Assembly (NCBI GenBank): GCA_030141605.1 | Contig: JAQGDQ010000643.1 | Location: 56,078 to 120,077 of the forward strand | Direction of reading: 5' to 3' | DNA: 64,000 bases | Source: Tubiluchus corallicola | Lineage: Eukaryota > Animalia > Priapulida | In this document: positions 52,439 through 64,000 of the stretch, one piece after another | How positions within the stretch are numbered: position 1 is the first letter of the stretch | Layout: every line of letters starts with the position of its first letter | Notes under the pieces: model-generated | Database searches by the model: none | What the model saw: the letters and a program-made list of their open reading frames with translations, nothing else | What the model was told of the DNA's origin: nothing | Made by a program: the position numbers and the translations under genes

Positions 52439-52605
52439 GTTTATGTAGCATGCGGATACGGATGCGCTTTCCAATGCGCAACAGCCTGCGGGAAAAAAAT
52501 CAAGCCACAGAAAAGGAATAATGCATACGCAGGGTACATTGGAAAAAATATAAACAGATTTTATCTATTCCGCACCCCCAAAACGCATCCGCATGCTACA
52601 TAAAC
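52439..52605. repeat. 19-bp perfect inverted repeat upstream of RPUSD1 (possible small MITE)
   Basis: gtttatgtagcatgcggat (52439-52457) / atccgcatgctacataaac (52587-52605). Confidence 0.7.
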
Positions 52606-53780
52606 ACTGTTTAAGCCTCCAGCGTCTGGAAATGAGACAGAACATTTATAATTGTGAGTGGGTGATGACAGCGCTGGAAGTTCTTCCTGTTTTTTGAGCA
52701 TTTGGCGTCCCTTGTGCAGTACTAATTTGACACTTATTATGGTGCACTCATTGGTGGAAAACAATATATATTTTTGTTGTACTTATTATTGCAGGTTTAC
52801 CTATCGAAGTATTTTGTTTTAGCTCTCTTTCATTGTTCCATGTAAGTGTGAAACTGGTATTACTTTGGCGCGAAATAAATCCCAAAACGCCAGTCGATCA
52901 GTTATTCATGTAATTAGATAATGTAAGAATAAGATTGTTTTTGATAGGCCTATGTCTGCAATATCAGACTCATATAGTAGCCTATAATTTTATTACAGCT
53001 AGCGGTCTAGTAATTTTTGTTTCTTATCAATGCATGGATTTTGCCACATGCTTTTGGTACAGTAGTGTGAAAGAGAGCTTTAAGCTGTCCTAAAATTTCA
53101 TAAAAATTCTGTGTATTAAACTAATAAAAGAGCAATTTAGAGGCTGCATGTTTAGATGTGTGTACATACCTGAGATTTTCTAAGGGAACTAAGGATTAAG
53201 ATTGTAAGGCCCGAAAAAACAGAACAAACTGAATATTGAATGTATTCAATTATTAAATTGGTATCAGGTTTTTCCTTGCTATTAACATCAGACAACATTG
53301 AAAAGGATCATAGAGTGATAGAAAAAACAAACCAAGATTACGTAATTTTTTCAATATTACACAGTTTTTATTTACAGACAAAACAATGAATAGTTAACAC
53401 AAGTTATTACGTGCAGCTGCCAAGTGATGAGTATAAGTAGCAAAAAACTACAAGAGTCTAGTATCTGAATAAATTATTTATTTACACAGTAATGTACACA
53501 TAAGATTTTTTAATAGAACTTACAATTATATTAAGCACATTGTATGAAACATGAAACTGAGCTTACTACATACACTTACAAGAAAGTATTTTATTAACCT
53601 TTCAGCCGAACCATGTGTAAAAATGAGAAAATTTAGGCATACAGAATTGGCCTAACTTTACAAAACGACAACAAAAAAGTAACTGCAATAAAGTTTACTC
53701 TATTTTCTAGTACTCTTACATAAGTAAATGTATCAGTATACATGTATCTGGAAAAATAAAATTAATGCTCGAAATAATTT

Positions 53781-55730
53781 TTAGTCAACTTCTTCCACGG
53801 TTGGACCTGTCCATCTGCTACCACTGTTGGCTTGAGCTTGTTGCCCACATGTTCTTCCTGCATCTGGTGTAGGTCCTTGTGTCTGAGACGCTCCTTGATG
53901 CAACTTTGTCATGATTGGATTGCAAACGTGTTGCAGTTCTTCAAGTTTGTGTTCCAGCTCTTCCTTTTCTGCAAGCGTGTTAGAATCTAACCAAGTACAC
54001 GTTTCATTGCATTTATTGATGACGGTGCTTTTATCGTCCGAGGAAATTTTGCCTTCCAGCCCAGGTTCATTCACTGCTTGTTTGACGCTAAATAAGTAGC
54101 TTTCTAGTTTGTTCCTGGCTTCTATACGAATTCTATGTCTTTCGTCTTCAGCTTTGTACTTCTCTGCATCTGAGACCATCTTGTCTATGTCTTCTTTTGA
54201 CAAGCGAGACTTGTCATTGGAAATGGTGATCTTGTTAGACCGACCAGTGCTCGTATCTTTAGCAGAAACGTTCAGGATTCCATTGGCGTCGATATCAAAT
54301 TCGACTTCGATCTTTGGCACTCCTCTTGGAGCTGGAGGAATTCCACTTAATTCAAATGTTCCTAACAGATTGTTGTCTTTTGTCATGGCACGTTCACCCT
54401 CAAAGACTTGAATCGTAACTCCTGGTTGATTGTCAGAATACGTAGTGAACGTCTGTTTAGCTTTGGTAGGTATTCGAGTGTTTCTTTCAATAAGCTTTGT
54501 CATAACTGCACCAGCCGTTTCTATACCTAGAGATAATGGAGCTACATCCACCAGTAGAACGTCTTTGATAGTGTCACTTCTGTCACCTTTCAATACTGCT
54601 CCTTGGACAGCTGCACCATACGCTACTGCTTCATCTGGATTGATTGACTGATTGAGTTCTTTTCCACCAAAGTATTCTTTTAACAGTTTCTGAATTTTTG
54701 GAATACGAGTTGAGCCACCAACTAAGACAACATCATTAATAGCAAACTTGTCCATCTTTGAATCAAGAAGAGCTTTCTCAACTGGTTCTAATGTTGCCCT
54801 AAACAGATCAGAGCAGAGTTCTTCAAATCTTGCTCTGGTGATCTTTGCGTAAAAGTCAATGCCTTCATGCAGGGAATCCACTTCAATGCAAGCTTCTGTG
54901 CTGCTAGAGAGTGTTCTCTTTGCTCTTTCGCAAGTAGTCCGAAGTCGTCGCATAGCTCTATGGTTACCCGAAATGTCTTTCTTATGTCGCCTTTTGAATT
55001 CCTGCACAAAGTGCTGAACTAGCCTGTTGTCGAAATCCTCACCACCAAGATGTGTGTCACCAGCTGTTGATCTCACTTCAAACATGGAACCTTCGTCAAT
55101 TGTCAAGATGGAAACATCGAAAGTACCACCACCTAAATCAAAGATGAGTACATTCTTTTCTCCTTTCAAGTTTTTGTCAAGTCCATATGCCAGGGCAGCT
55201 GCAGTTGGCTCGTTGATGATCCTAAGTACGTTGAGTCCAGCTATCCGTCCTGCATCTTTTGTAGCCTGTCTTTGAGAATCGTTGAAGTATGCTGGAACTG
55301 TTACTACTGCATCTGTCACCTTCTTTCCCAAATATGATTCGGCCGTTTCCTTCATTTTTGACAGTACCATTGAGCTGATTTCTTCAGGTGTAAAAGTTTT
55401 TCTTTCTCCCATGTACTCAACTTCCATATTTGGCTTACCATTTCTGTTCACGACTTTAAATGGCCACAGTTTCATATCAGATTGTACAGAACTTTCATCA
55501 AACCGTCGCCCGATTAATCTCTTGGCATCGAAGATGGAGTTCTGTGGATTCCTGGCTACCTGTTGTTTAGCCGCATCACCAATTAGCCTCTCTGTGTCTG
55601 TAAAAGCCACGTAGCTTGGTGTTGTCCTGTTGCCTTGATCGTTAGCTATGATTTCCACTTTTCCTCCTTGAAACACTCCAACACAACTGTACGTTGTGCC
55701 GAGGTCAATTCCTATTGCTGGAGCTGCCAT
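53781..55730 (-). CDS. HSP70: Cytosolic inducible HSP70, intronless, 649 aa
   Basis: [22 protein letters not shown] and [15 protein letters not shown] signatures; C-terminal GPTVEEVD; no GGMP repeats. First ATG is at 55730 (the ORF track starts at an upstream GTG). Confidence 0.97.
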   Translation of the reverse strand: MAAPAIGIDLGTTYSCVGVFQGGKVEIIANDQGNRTTPSYVAFTDTERLIGDAAKQQVARNPQNSIFDAKRLIGRRFDESSVQSDMKLWPFKVVNRNGKPNMEVEYMGERKTFTPEEISSMVLSKMKETAESYLGKKVTDAVVTVPAYFNDSQRQATKDAGRIAGLNVLRIINEPTAAALAYGLDKNLKGEKNVLIFDLGGGTFDVSILTIDEGSMFEVRSTAGDTHLGGEDFDNRLVQHFVQEFKRRHKKDISGNHRAMRRLRTTCERAKRTLSSSTEACIEVDSLHEGIDFYAKITRARFEELCSDLFRATLEPVEKALLDSKMDKFAINDVVLVGGSTRIPKIQKLLKEYFGGKELNQSINPDEAVAYGAAVQGAVLKGDRSDTIKDVLLVDVAPLSLGIETAGAVMTKLIERNTRIPTKAKQTFTTYSDNQPGVTIQVFEGERAMTKDNNLLGTFELSGIPPAPRGVPKIEVEFDIDANGILNVSAKDTSTGRSNKITISNDKSRLSKEDIDKMVSDAEKYKAEDERHRIRIEARNKLESYLFSVKQAVNEPGLEGKISSDDKSTVINKCNETCTWLDSNTLAEKEELEHKLEELQHVCNPIMTKLHQGASQTQGPTPDAGRTCGQQAQANSGSRWTGPTVEEVD

Positions 55731-55898
55731 GTCCACTGTAGTCGATTATTGTTTCGATATATAACACTTGTGTGGTCACTGTAATCTAAATTCACTGAGA
55801 ATAATTACAAAACGCAATCTAGCGATTTTAAAGATTCGTATCAGTTGATGGTTGCTTTTCTGTGTATCAAAATCTGTCGTCTGAGCATTGCTCGGCGC

Positions 55899-56069
55899 TT
55901 ATATACTATTTTGCCGCTTCGTAGTAAATTCTAGAAGTTTCCACGCCTTTCTAGTAGCGCAAAGAAACTTCATGACTGAACCATGTTCGCGACACGCCTA
56001 CACAGCTTGCAGGAGACCTTTCCAGAAGTTTCCACAGAATTTCCCCGCCTCACCAGAATGTTCGAGAAA
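55899..56069 (-). promoter_or_regulatory. HSP70 promoter: TATA box and three perfect heat-shock elements
   Basis: TATATAA on - at 55905-55899; aTTCt-aGAAg-tTTCc 55928-55942; tTTCc-aGAAg-tTTCc 56019-56033; aGAAt-gTTCg-aGAAa 56055-56069; additional partial nGAAn units. Confidence 0.9.
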
Positions 56070-57873
56070 TATCATGAATGAACGCAGCGGTAAACACGCC
56101 CACTTCTGCAATGATTGGACAGCGCAATGGCAAATGGAGCCAAATATTGGAATGACGTTTAGGCACCAGGCATATCTAATCGAACTCATCAAGATTTTGT
56201 AAGACGCCGTAATTCTCGTTTCTTTAACATGTTTAATTATTTATTTAACCCAGAAATGGTGCTGACAAGCCACTTGTACAATAGTGCCTAGTTTTATTGC
56301 TGAATTAAAGGCTGTATTTTCCTGTCTTGATGACAGATTTATTTTGGAAATGGGCTCATTTCGTGATGGGCTTTCAATCATGGTTCAACGAATTATATAA
56401 ATGTACAATCGTAGCCTTAGAAAAGAGACTACATGCCCAATTTTTTTGTAAAAAGCGTTTCTGTAAGGTAGATATACACTCAAACAGCGAAACACTAAGT
56501 ACAAGAGTGAAATGTACACAGTGCCCTCTATATATATATGACCTATATGTGACCTCTTGAGTCTGACAGAACAGATATTAAGTTTAACGTTAGGACTGTA
56601 CTAATTCTTATAACTATTATTAAAAGAGTTTTTTTGATCGTAAATGAATTCTCAACTTCTGTAAAATACTGAACTGCAGGCGGTCCTCGCCGACAAGGGT
56701 TGAAACTACTCAGGTTGGTTCGGTACCAGCACATGCAGATGCCAAGCAGTCTATAACTCTTTGACATCCATCCACGAAACAACAGAATGATGTGTGAGAA
56801 AAACGATACCTTTATTGGCAAATTACATGAAGTAGATTCAAAAATAATGATGAAATAAAGCTTGCAGTGTCGTGGATTTATCTAACTGAACCAGTAAAAC
56901 AGCAGAGAAGACCGCCTTTATACAGGCCAGATCCATAACTTGGCTTCAACAGAAACTTACATTTAGCGTGAAAGGGGTGTTCTGTACAATACTATGACTT
57001 ATTACTGTTTTGCCTTTGACGAAAATTTGTATTTGTATTTTAATTTTTCTAATTATAACCACAACAAAATTAATATTTTGTGCTTTGACCTTTAAAAACC
57101 ATCTGTTTTTGTTTCTGTATAAACGTAATAATTAATTTTCGCTTGTTTGACCTTCTTTGATAAAGTCATGACGCAGCCCAAGGATAAACATGTTTTTCAT
57201 GTGTGTAAGATAACTTACTCTGATCAGGCAAGATGTGATTTCTTTGTATGGTGGTGAGCTTAAAAGATGAATCTGTGTGATACCCTACTCCATTATGAAC
57301 GTCGTAGTAACTGCCCTCGTTTACAGTGTGCACGGCGTAGGCTGCTCACTTAGTTCATTCTGCTTTTCAAAAGTTAAGTATTGCCAATTCTGACTAAAAC
57401 TTGGTTTGGTTCTGGCTAACGTGTTGTCCAGGGATGGAAGTGGGTCAGTTGCCATTTTGTGTACTGTGATCAAATATTTTCTAGCTACGTTATACAGCAT
57501 GAAGCTGCAGACATTCATAAATTCACGTGACTTGTGTGGTGGCTCCAAGAAAACGTCATGCCGTTGCCGTAGTAAATGAATCCTTGCGGCAACGGCAAAT
57601 ACAATACAGCGTGGTCTTGTCTACAAACGGCCACGTAATGCATAAGATATTAGGGCTCTGCCGCGCTAGTATCGCCACTGATGCCTCCAACTTTATTTTC
57701 AAGCCAACAAAACTAATGAACCTAAATAGAGTAACTAACTTTTACTGTTACAGCTAATTAACTCGTTATTTAAATCACACTTACAAGATTATTACTTATT
57801 TTTCTTTCATTTGATGTTATTCTTCTGAATATGAATATTTCAATTTATCCTTTTCTCAACCTCTAAGGCAAAA

Positions 57874-58228
57874 CATGGACACAGATACGAACAGAGTAAT
57901 TACACATGCAGGACATGGACACACATACGAACAGAGCAATTACACATGCAGGACATGGACACACATACGAACAGAGGAATTACACATGCAGGACATGGAC
58001 ACACATACGAACAGAGCAATTACACATGCAGGACATGGACACACATACGAACAGAGCAATTACACATGCAGGACATGGACACACATACGAACAGAGCAAT
58101 TACACATGCAAAACATGGACACAATACGAACAGAGCAATTACACATGCAAAACATGGACACAATACGAACAGAGCAATTACACATGCAAAACATGGACAC
58201 ACATACGAACAGAGCAATTACACATGCA
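57874..58228. repeat. Minisatellite, 39-40 nt x9
   Basis: Unit acatggacacacatacgaacagagcaattacacatgcagg. Confidence 0.96.
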
Positions 58229-60849
58229 TAAAATGTGAAAGAAATCTACAAACACTTAAAATACTTTTAAAAAAGCCATTTATGCAAATTCTATTTTTCA
58301 TGAAGCTGTTTGCAATAAACATACATGAAAATTAAAATTCAACGAACGAAATTAGGATAATAAATTTATAATTCCACACCTATATTTAATGATTGTAAAC
58401 TTGCTTCTTTAAAATTAGTAGCTTAAAATGTTTAATATTATAGCCTAATGCTTACACAAATCGAGGAAATTCGAGTATCAAATCTAAGATTGAATTCGCA
58501 TTTTATTACAAATGTAACTGTCAGTTTAATCAATTTCTAAAAATTCAGCTTGGGCCACAAACTATAATATCAACGTAACCTCAATTCTAACAATGTAAAG
58601 CTTCGTAGTTTTACCCACGTAGTTAGTGAGGCGTAAAAAAGGGAAGCCATATCAGTTCTTATTAATTAGTAACTATTACACGCCTTGTGATTTTAGCAGC
58701 AAATGTGTAGTAATAATTTCCCGGGGGTGACTAATCCACGGGTTTCATACACGCTTGGCTTTACACTGAACGATTACGCTGTAATAGCTGCGCGATGTCA
58801 GAAAACCAAACGCTAAATATTTACAACCAAATTTCAAAAAATGAAAAAAACTTTCACCAAAATCAATAATTGTCTAATTGCAAAAGGTGACAGTACAAAT
58901 ATAATGGTGAAGTTGATAAGATTGACAGCTATGAGAAAAAACTGGGAAAGATGATGTCGCAGCGATGCCCTCATATTGATGAAAACTAATAAGTTTTGTG
59001 ATTCTATCTGCTATTTGTATGAAATGAAACAGACGTGAACTTCAAAACACATTTTTTGTGTAATTCGTGATGCATGCTTTTGTATTTATTTTAAGTGGAT
59101 TGACATACAGTAATATTACTGTAACGATCTGACGACTAGGGGTAGGTTGTTTGAGTAGTCGCTGAGTAAACAATTTGGCTGGCCTGACCGAGCTAAAGAA
59201 AGGGGGACCAATCATCTATCTGTCAGCTCCAAACAGTGGCAAGCTTATAGGCAGTCTGCGGTGGCGGGGGGGGGGGGGGGTTGTCTACTGAGCAGAGTGG
59301 TTCGGATGTGGGATGTGCAGTTTATTTTGCCTAGAGTAATCTGTTGCACTCATTGTGATAATGCAAATGACAATGTATAGGCTACTAATGCACAAACAAT
59401 CAATTGCATAAATTTAGTAGAAATAATTATCAAACAACAACAAAAAATATAGGTAAAAAACACTATCATTAGTCAAACACTAATTTAACAACTTTTGAAT
59501 GAGCTAAATATGGTTACCTTTTACCATGTTCACAAAATAAACAAAACACTTTAAGCCTGGGACTTACTATCAAATCAATTAACTAGCAAATAAGTTGGCA
59601 AATAATGCACCACAGCTAAACCTAACTAAAAAGGGGTACCTATTTGCCTAACTACAAGCCACCCCATATGATGTAGTCCTCGCAAGCGCTAGGATGATCA
59701 ACCGGCATTATCTCACTTAGAAAATACACCATGGAGGTTGAGTAGGCCTACTAAGTCTAACGTAGGGCGTCTCTACGATGAGGTTGCAGCTCAGTGCCTC
59801 TTAATGTCACCACAAATTTCTTGAACAGCAAGGAGGTTAAGTCCAGCTTCCACGCAACTGCTAGCATCAGATAAGCAAATACTAAATTGTGCAACTTACA
59901 GTCTCTGGGATGTTACCGTACTACGACGAGGGGGTGCCTCGTCACCTCAAACATGGATCCGCCTCTAAACGGTTTGTCGGTACGCCCATAGCATTTCCCA
60001 ACGATACGAACACAGCAATGAGACAAAGTCTTAATTGTCACCAAACTTCGTGGAAATCTCTACCACCAAAAACATCAGCCCTCTCAAGTTATCCAATAAT
60101 TTCAAACCTCATGGACAGTCACCATACGTTATAACTGACTACTACTTACGTGGAAACTACTAAATGCACGTCATACCAAACTACGTGCCGTATATGGAGT
60201 AAAGTTGCTGACCCCTTTTCGATACCTGCGAGAGTAGTAGTAAGCATAGGTATATGCTGGCTTCCTACAGCTACATTACAAGCGAGTAAACTGGCCCTCC
60301 CGCAGTACTTACTAACCTTGGCTAGTGGCCATTATGGTTTACAGGCCATAGAAAAGATATTTTAAATGCTAATGTTATTTTACTTCCACATTTGAGCAAA
60401 AGGTAGAATACATATTGAGATATGTACAGCATAGAAGGGCCAAAAATGATTGGAGTTTGTGTTTTCTTTCCAAACTCTGCAACTGGGATGACCAACCAAC
60501 TGACAGACTAACTAAACAAACATCACACTCACATGACGCAAGCTCCTACACGAGTCTATTTATGTGAGAAACTGAAATGGACGTTACAATTACTGATCGG
60601 AGTTTTTCCACTGTCCAAAAAGTACATTTTAGTTGAGAACAGATATATGCAACTGGTTATCAAGAATATAGTTACATAGTTAGTTAGTTAAAAAACGCAA
60701 GTAATTCATTGGTTAATACTTAAAATTGAAATATACAAAGCCCACAGAGTACAGAAGCGATACCAGAAACATTTATCAACGCACATCATCCTATTTGTTA
60801 TACAAAAGTATGACTGATCAATAACTGATGTTTAATTCAAAAGTCTAAA

Positions 60850-61090
60850 ATTCAAAATGATGCAGGTTACAGTTCAATACACAATTAAAACGTTTAATAG
60901 ACTTTATGTAGTTCTGGAACAATTTGAAGAGAATGTCACTGGATGGATGACCAGATCTGAGTTTATGAAAAATGTCGTTGTAAATAATAGCAGGTCTAGG
61001 GTTGGCGTGTAATTCTCGAGTTATGTGTCGATAATACCAGAGCTGATCTAATAATTGTGTTCTGTGTATGTCATAGTTTGAACGCTCAAA
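60850..61090 (-). mobile_element. Decayed 3' fragment of a CR1-group LINE ORF2
   Basis: Translation ..RTQLLDQL...LFKLFQNYIKSIKRF resembles CR1-group ORF2 C-termini (from recall only). Confidence 0.35.
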
Positions 61091-62232
61091 AAATAATAGG
61101 TCTTTGTATAATAACATTTTTGTCTGAAAAATAAATTTGAAATTTTGAATACTTGATGCTCCATCTGACAACGTCATAGCAGCATAATTAATAGGCTTAC
61201 GTTAGATGAACGGAAAAAAATTGGAAAAATGACGAGAAATAATCTAGACATTAACAATTATTATGTGCAAAAGTGAAAAATCAGATGATAATTGTTAAAT
61301 GAAGCAATGTAAGTTACTAAAAGTCTGTTTGCGTATGATGGATAACTTGTGCGCATGCAGTGTGTAGGTTTGGTATGTGTGAGCGTTTTTGACACGTCCT
61401 GTATCTGAATATGGCTGAAACGGCAGTTAAAGTTACCATCATTGAAAGTTTATTGTGGTGGGATTCAGTCCCTTTTAAACTGTTATCATGAGCATTTGTC
61501 CAGTGCTCTTTTATTTGAGCACCATATTAATAACTGACATATCGAGTATGTTCTTCAGTAGATGCTTGCTTTCAATACAAGCTTACATTCTCGATACATT
61601 CAACATGATTTCCCCAAGGACAGACGAATCGCTTGCAAAGACTCTTTTAGCCTTTAAACATGTCCATAAAACCTAAAAGTAATATCACCGTGTGAAAGCC
61701 AACGGTACATGAAAAGACTGTTGTAATAAATAATGCAATATGGCGGCTAAGTGAAGTTTGAAGATATTTAAGTATGATATATCAGTGTATGATATAAGGT
61801 GTGTCAGTTGTAGAATGATAGTCTTTTGTGATATACAGGTCTATATATTGTACCACTGTTGAAGGTTATTCAAAATTTTACCAGGAAATTACAGCATACT
61901 CATTATTGAGCTGTGGAACAGAAAATACTAGAAATAATTTTCAGAAGCAGCTTTTGAATCGCTGCGTACACTCATGTAGACCGTCTGCAAAACTTTCTAT
62001 TTGTACAATTTTCAAATTTGCAGTTGCAGTGAAAAGTTCAAAACTCCTTTTCGAATTGTAGTTTTTATAATTGACACGATTTCACAATTGTTGCACAACC
62101 ATTATAGAGCTTACAATACACTGTGTATCACGAATTGTGAACGAGTACATTGTAGGTCGTGACTGTGACGTGTGCACATTGGACATATTCGAGATTGGCA
62201 AATGAAGTTAATGAAATATTCAGTGAAGTACA

Positions 62233-62281
62233 TAATAATAATAATGATAACGATAACGATAATAATAACAATAACAACAGC

Positions 62282-62376
<95 letters not shown>

Positions 62377-62446
62377 CAATAACAACAGCAACAGCAACAA
62401 CAACAACAATAGTAACAACAACAACAATAACAACAACATCAACAAT

Positions 62447-62483
<37 letters not shown>

Positions 62484-62488
62484 ACAAT
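62233..62488. repeat. (AAT)n-(AAC)n compound microsatellite
   Basis: Directly visible trinucleotide runs. Confidence 0.97.
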
Positions 62489-62719
62489 AGAGAATCTATT
62501 ATGCCCTCAGTATTTAGTTTTGAAGCCTTATGGGTCTCGTACAGCCGCCAATCTTAAAAAATATGATCCGATACTCGAAGGATTCAGTTCGAACCAGGAC
62601 ATCAAACACATCTTGCAGACGTCAAACAAGACTGTTGATAAAATACCTGGATCTGGATCATCTTGGTCTGCCTTCTGTCTTTTAGGATCCAATGTGGTCG
62701 ATCAGGTAAATTTTTAGAA

Positions 62720-63040
62720 CATTCAGTTTGATGGACTTATTCCAACCATAACTTATGAAAGCCTATAATAACCCTACTCCTGTCTCTCACACACTTATTT
62801 TCTTCGCGTGTGTAGCAGTTTACGAAAAGACAAAACCAGATCAGAGTCATCAGACCAATGAAAAGCAATCATGTGTCATCTAATAAATTAATACCCTAGT
62901 TACCCACACAATTGTTGTCATCCTTTCTGCTTTTTTTCTTGCCTCAGTTAAGTGCTGAAATAATTTACCTCTTGATATCCGTAACTTTAACTCTTTAAAC
63001 ATCTTTAAATCTCGATTAAAGAATCACATGTTTTAATAAG
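62720..63040 (+). mobile_element. Decayed 3' fragment of an L2-like LINE
   Basis: Ends ..LDIRNFNSLNIFKSRLKNHMF*, resembling the L2 ORF2 terminal FK..LK.HLF motif. Confidence 0.45.
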
Positions 63041-63474
63041 CGGCCTATTTACTTTTCAAGTGATACTCGAAATTCATCAGTACACCATATTAGAATGAGA
63101 GTTGGTTTTTGTCAACTTAATTATGATTTATACCTCAGAAAATGTAAAAATTACGAATTGTATCACCCTAGTATCACCCAATTGTCAATGTGGTTCTGCT
63201 TATTCAAACAGTTGGTCATTACTTAATTAGCTGCCCTCTTTACCACCAGGCCAAACACGACTTATTTACAAATCTCTGCTTTTGTTAGCTTTTAACATCA
63301 ATGTTTACAGTCTTGCATCAAATGAACTTGTACGTTTGTTCCTGCACGGGAACCATACCCTAGATAATTCTGTGAACACTCAAATTTTTGTTTTAGTGCA
63401 GTCTTTTATTTCAAACACTAAGCGCTTTAAATAGTATTACTCTTGTCACATAGTAATGTTCATATTTATTGCAA

Positions 63475-63580
63475 CTTTTTTGTACATTGTGGTCACCATT
63501 GTTCTGCATTTTTTTTGTACATTGTGGTCACCATTGTTCTGCATTTTTTTGTACATTGTGGTCACCATTGTTCTGCATTT
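63475..63580. repeat. Tandem repeat, ~35 nt x3
   Basis: Unit tttttgtacattgtggtcaccattgttctgcatt. Confidence 0.9.
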
Positions 63581-64000
63581 GTCTCTAGCGTTTCGCTCCC
63601 ACTAGGGGAGAACATATATCACTTGTAAAACTGGCTGTTTCAAACTTAGCACATGTTACATCTTCGATAAATTATGTTTAAACCTATTGTTACTTCATAC
63701 AAAAGTTGCCGTACGCGTGCAAATTTCTGAGGCAAGTGTGCTGCACACAGATTTTTTTCCGTGCACAACTACTAATAACGTGAACGCTTGTTAACTATGC
63801 TATTATACAGATCGCTAAATACACGTAACCAGTTGATCCAACATCGAATGTGATTAGTCGTGGGAAATAGCGTGTTTGCATAATGTAAACTGAATGTGCA
63901 TAACACCTAAGTCATTACTCTCTATACACACGCATATAGAGATAATAATGTAGCAACATTGTAGATTACCGTAAAACGGGGTGAGTTCGCCACTTTTTAG

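Noticed and set aside
53911-55614. Several + strand ORFs antisense to HSP70
   Set aside because: Short, broken shadow frames caused by HSP70 codon usage.
57875-58335. His/Thr-rich ORFs
   Set aside because: Translations of a 40-nt minisatellite.
59130-60360. GC-richer block, possibly a decayed mobile element
   Set aside because: No recognisable ORF motif or terminal structure found by eye.
62128-62717. Poly-Asn, poly-Leu and poly-Ile/Thr ORFs
   Set aside because: Translations of the AAT/AAC microsatellite.

Overview
AT-rich, intron-rich animal genomic DNA, probably invertebrate. It holds three host genes. (1) A ~40 kb ABCC1/MRP1-like long ABC transporter gene on + (2795-42406). It has a duplicated, probably mutually exclusive 147-nt exon pair, and an apparent deletion that removes the NBD2 ABC-signature motif. 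(2) A 4-exon RluA-family pseudouridine synthase (RPUSD1-like) on - (52261-47206). (3) An intronless inducible HSP70 on - (55730-53781) with a TATA box and three perfect heat-shock elements. The window starts inside a non-LTR retrotransposon on -, whose 5' end is a complete HDV-like self-cleaving ribozyme fold (2093-2003). An ABCC intron contains an internally deleted RTE element that begins at the expected cleavage site of a twister ribozyme (28431-28347). Two broken inverted copies after the gene can be combined into a minimal Penelope-type hammerhead. Many ABCC introns carry their own minisatellite. Two of these amplify the gene's real splice donor or acceptor, several repeat GTRAG donor motifs, one is an array of DR1 nuclear-receptor-like sites, and one amplifies a transposon terminus. 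There are also many hAT, Tc1/pogo and piggyBac-type MITEs. All calls were made by eye; no database searches or folding programs were run.
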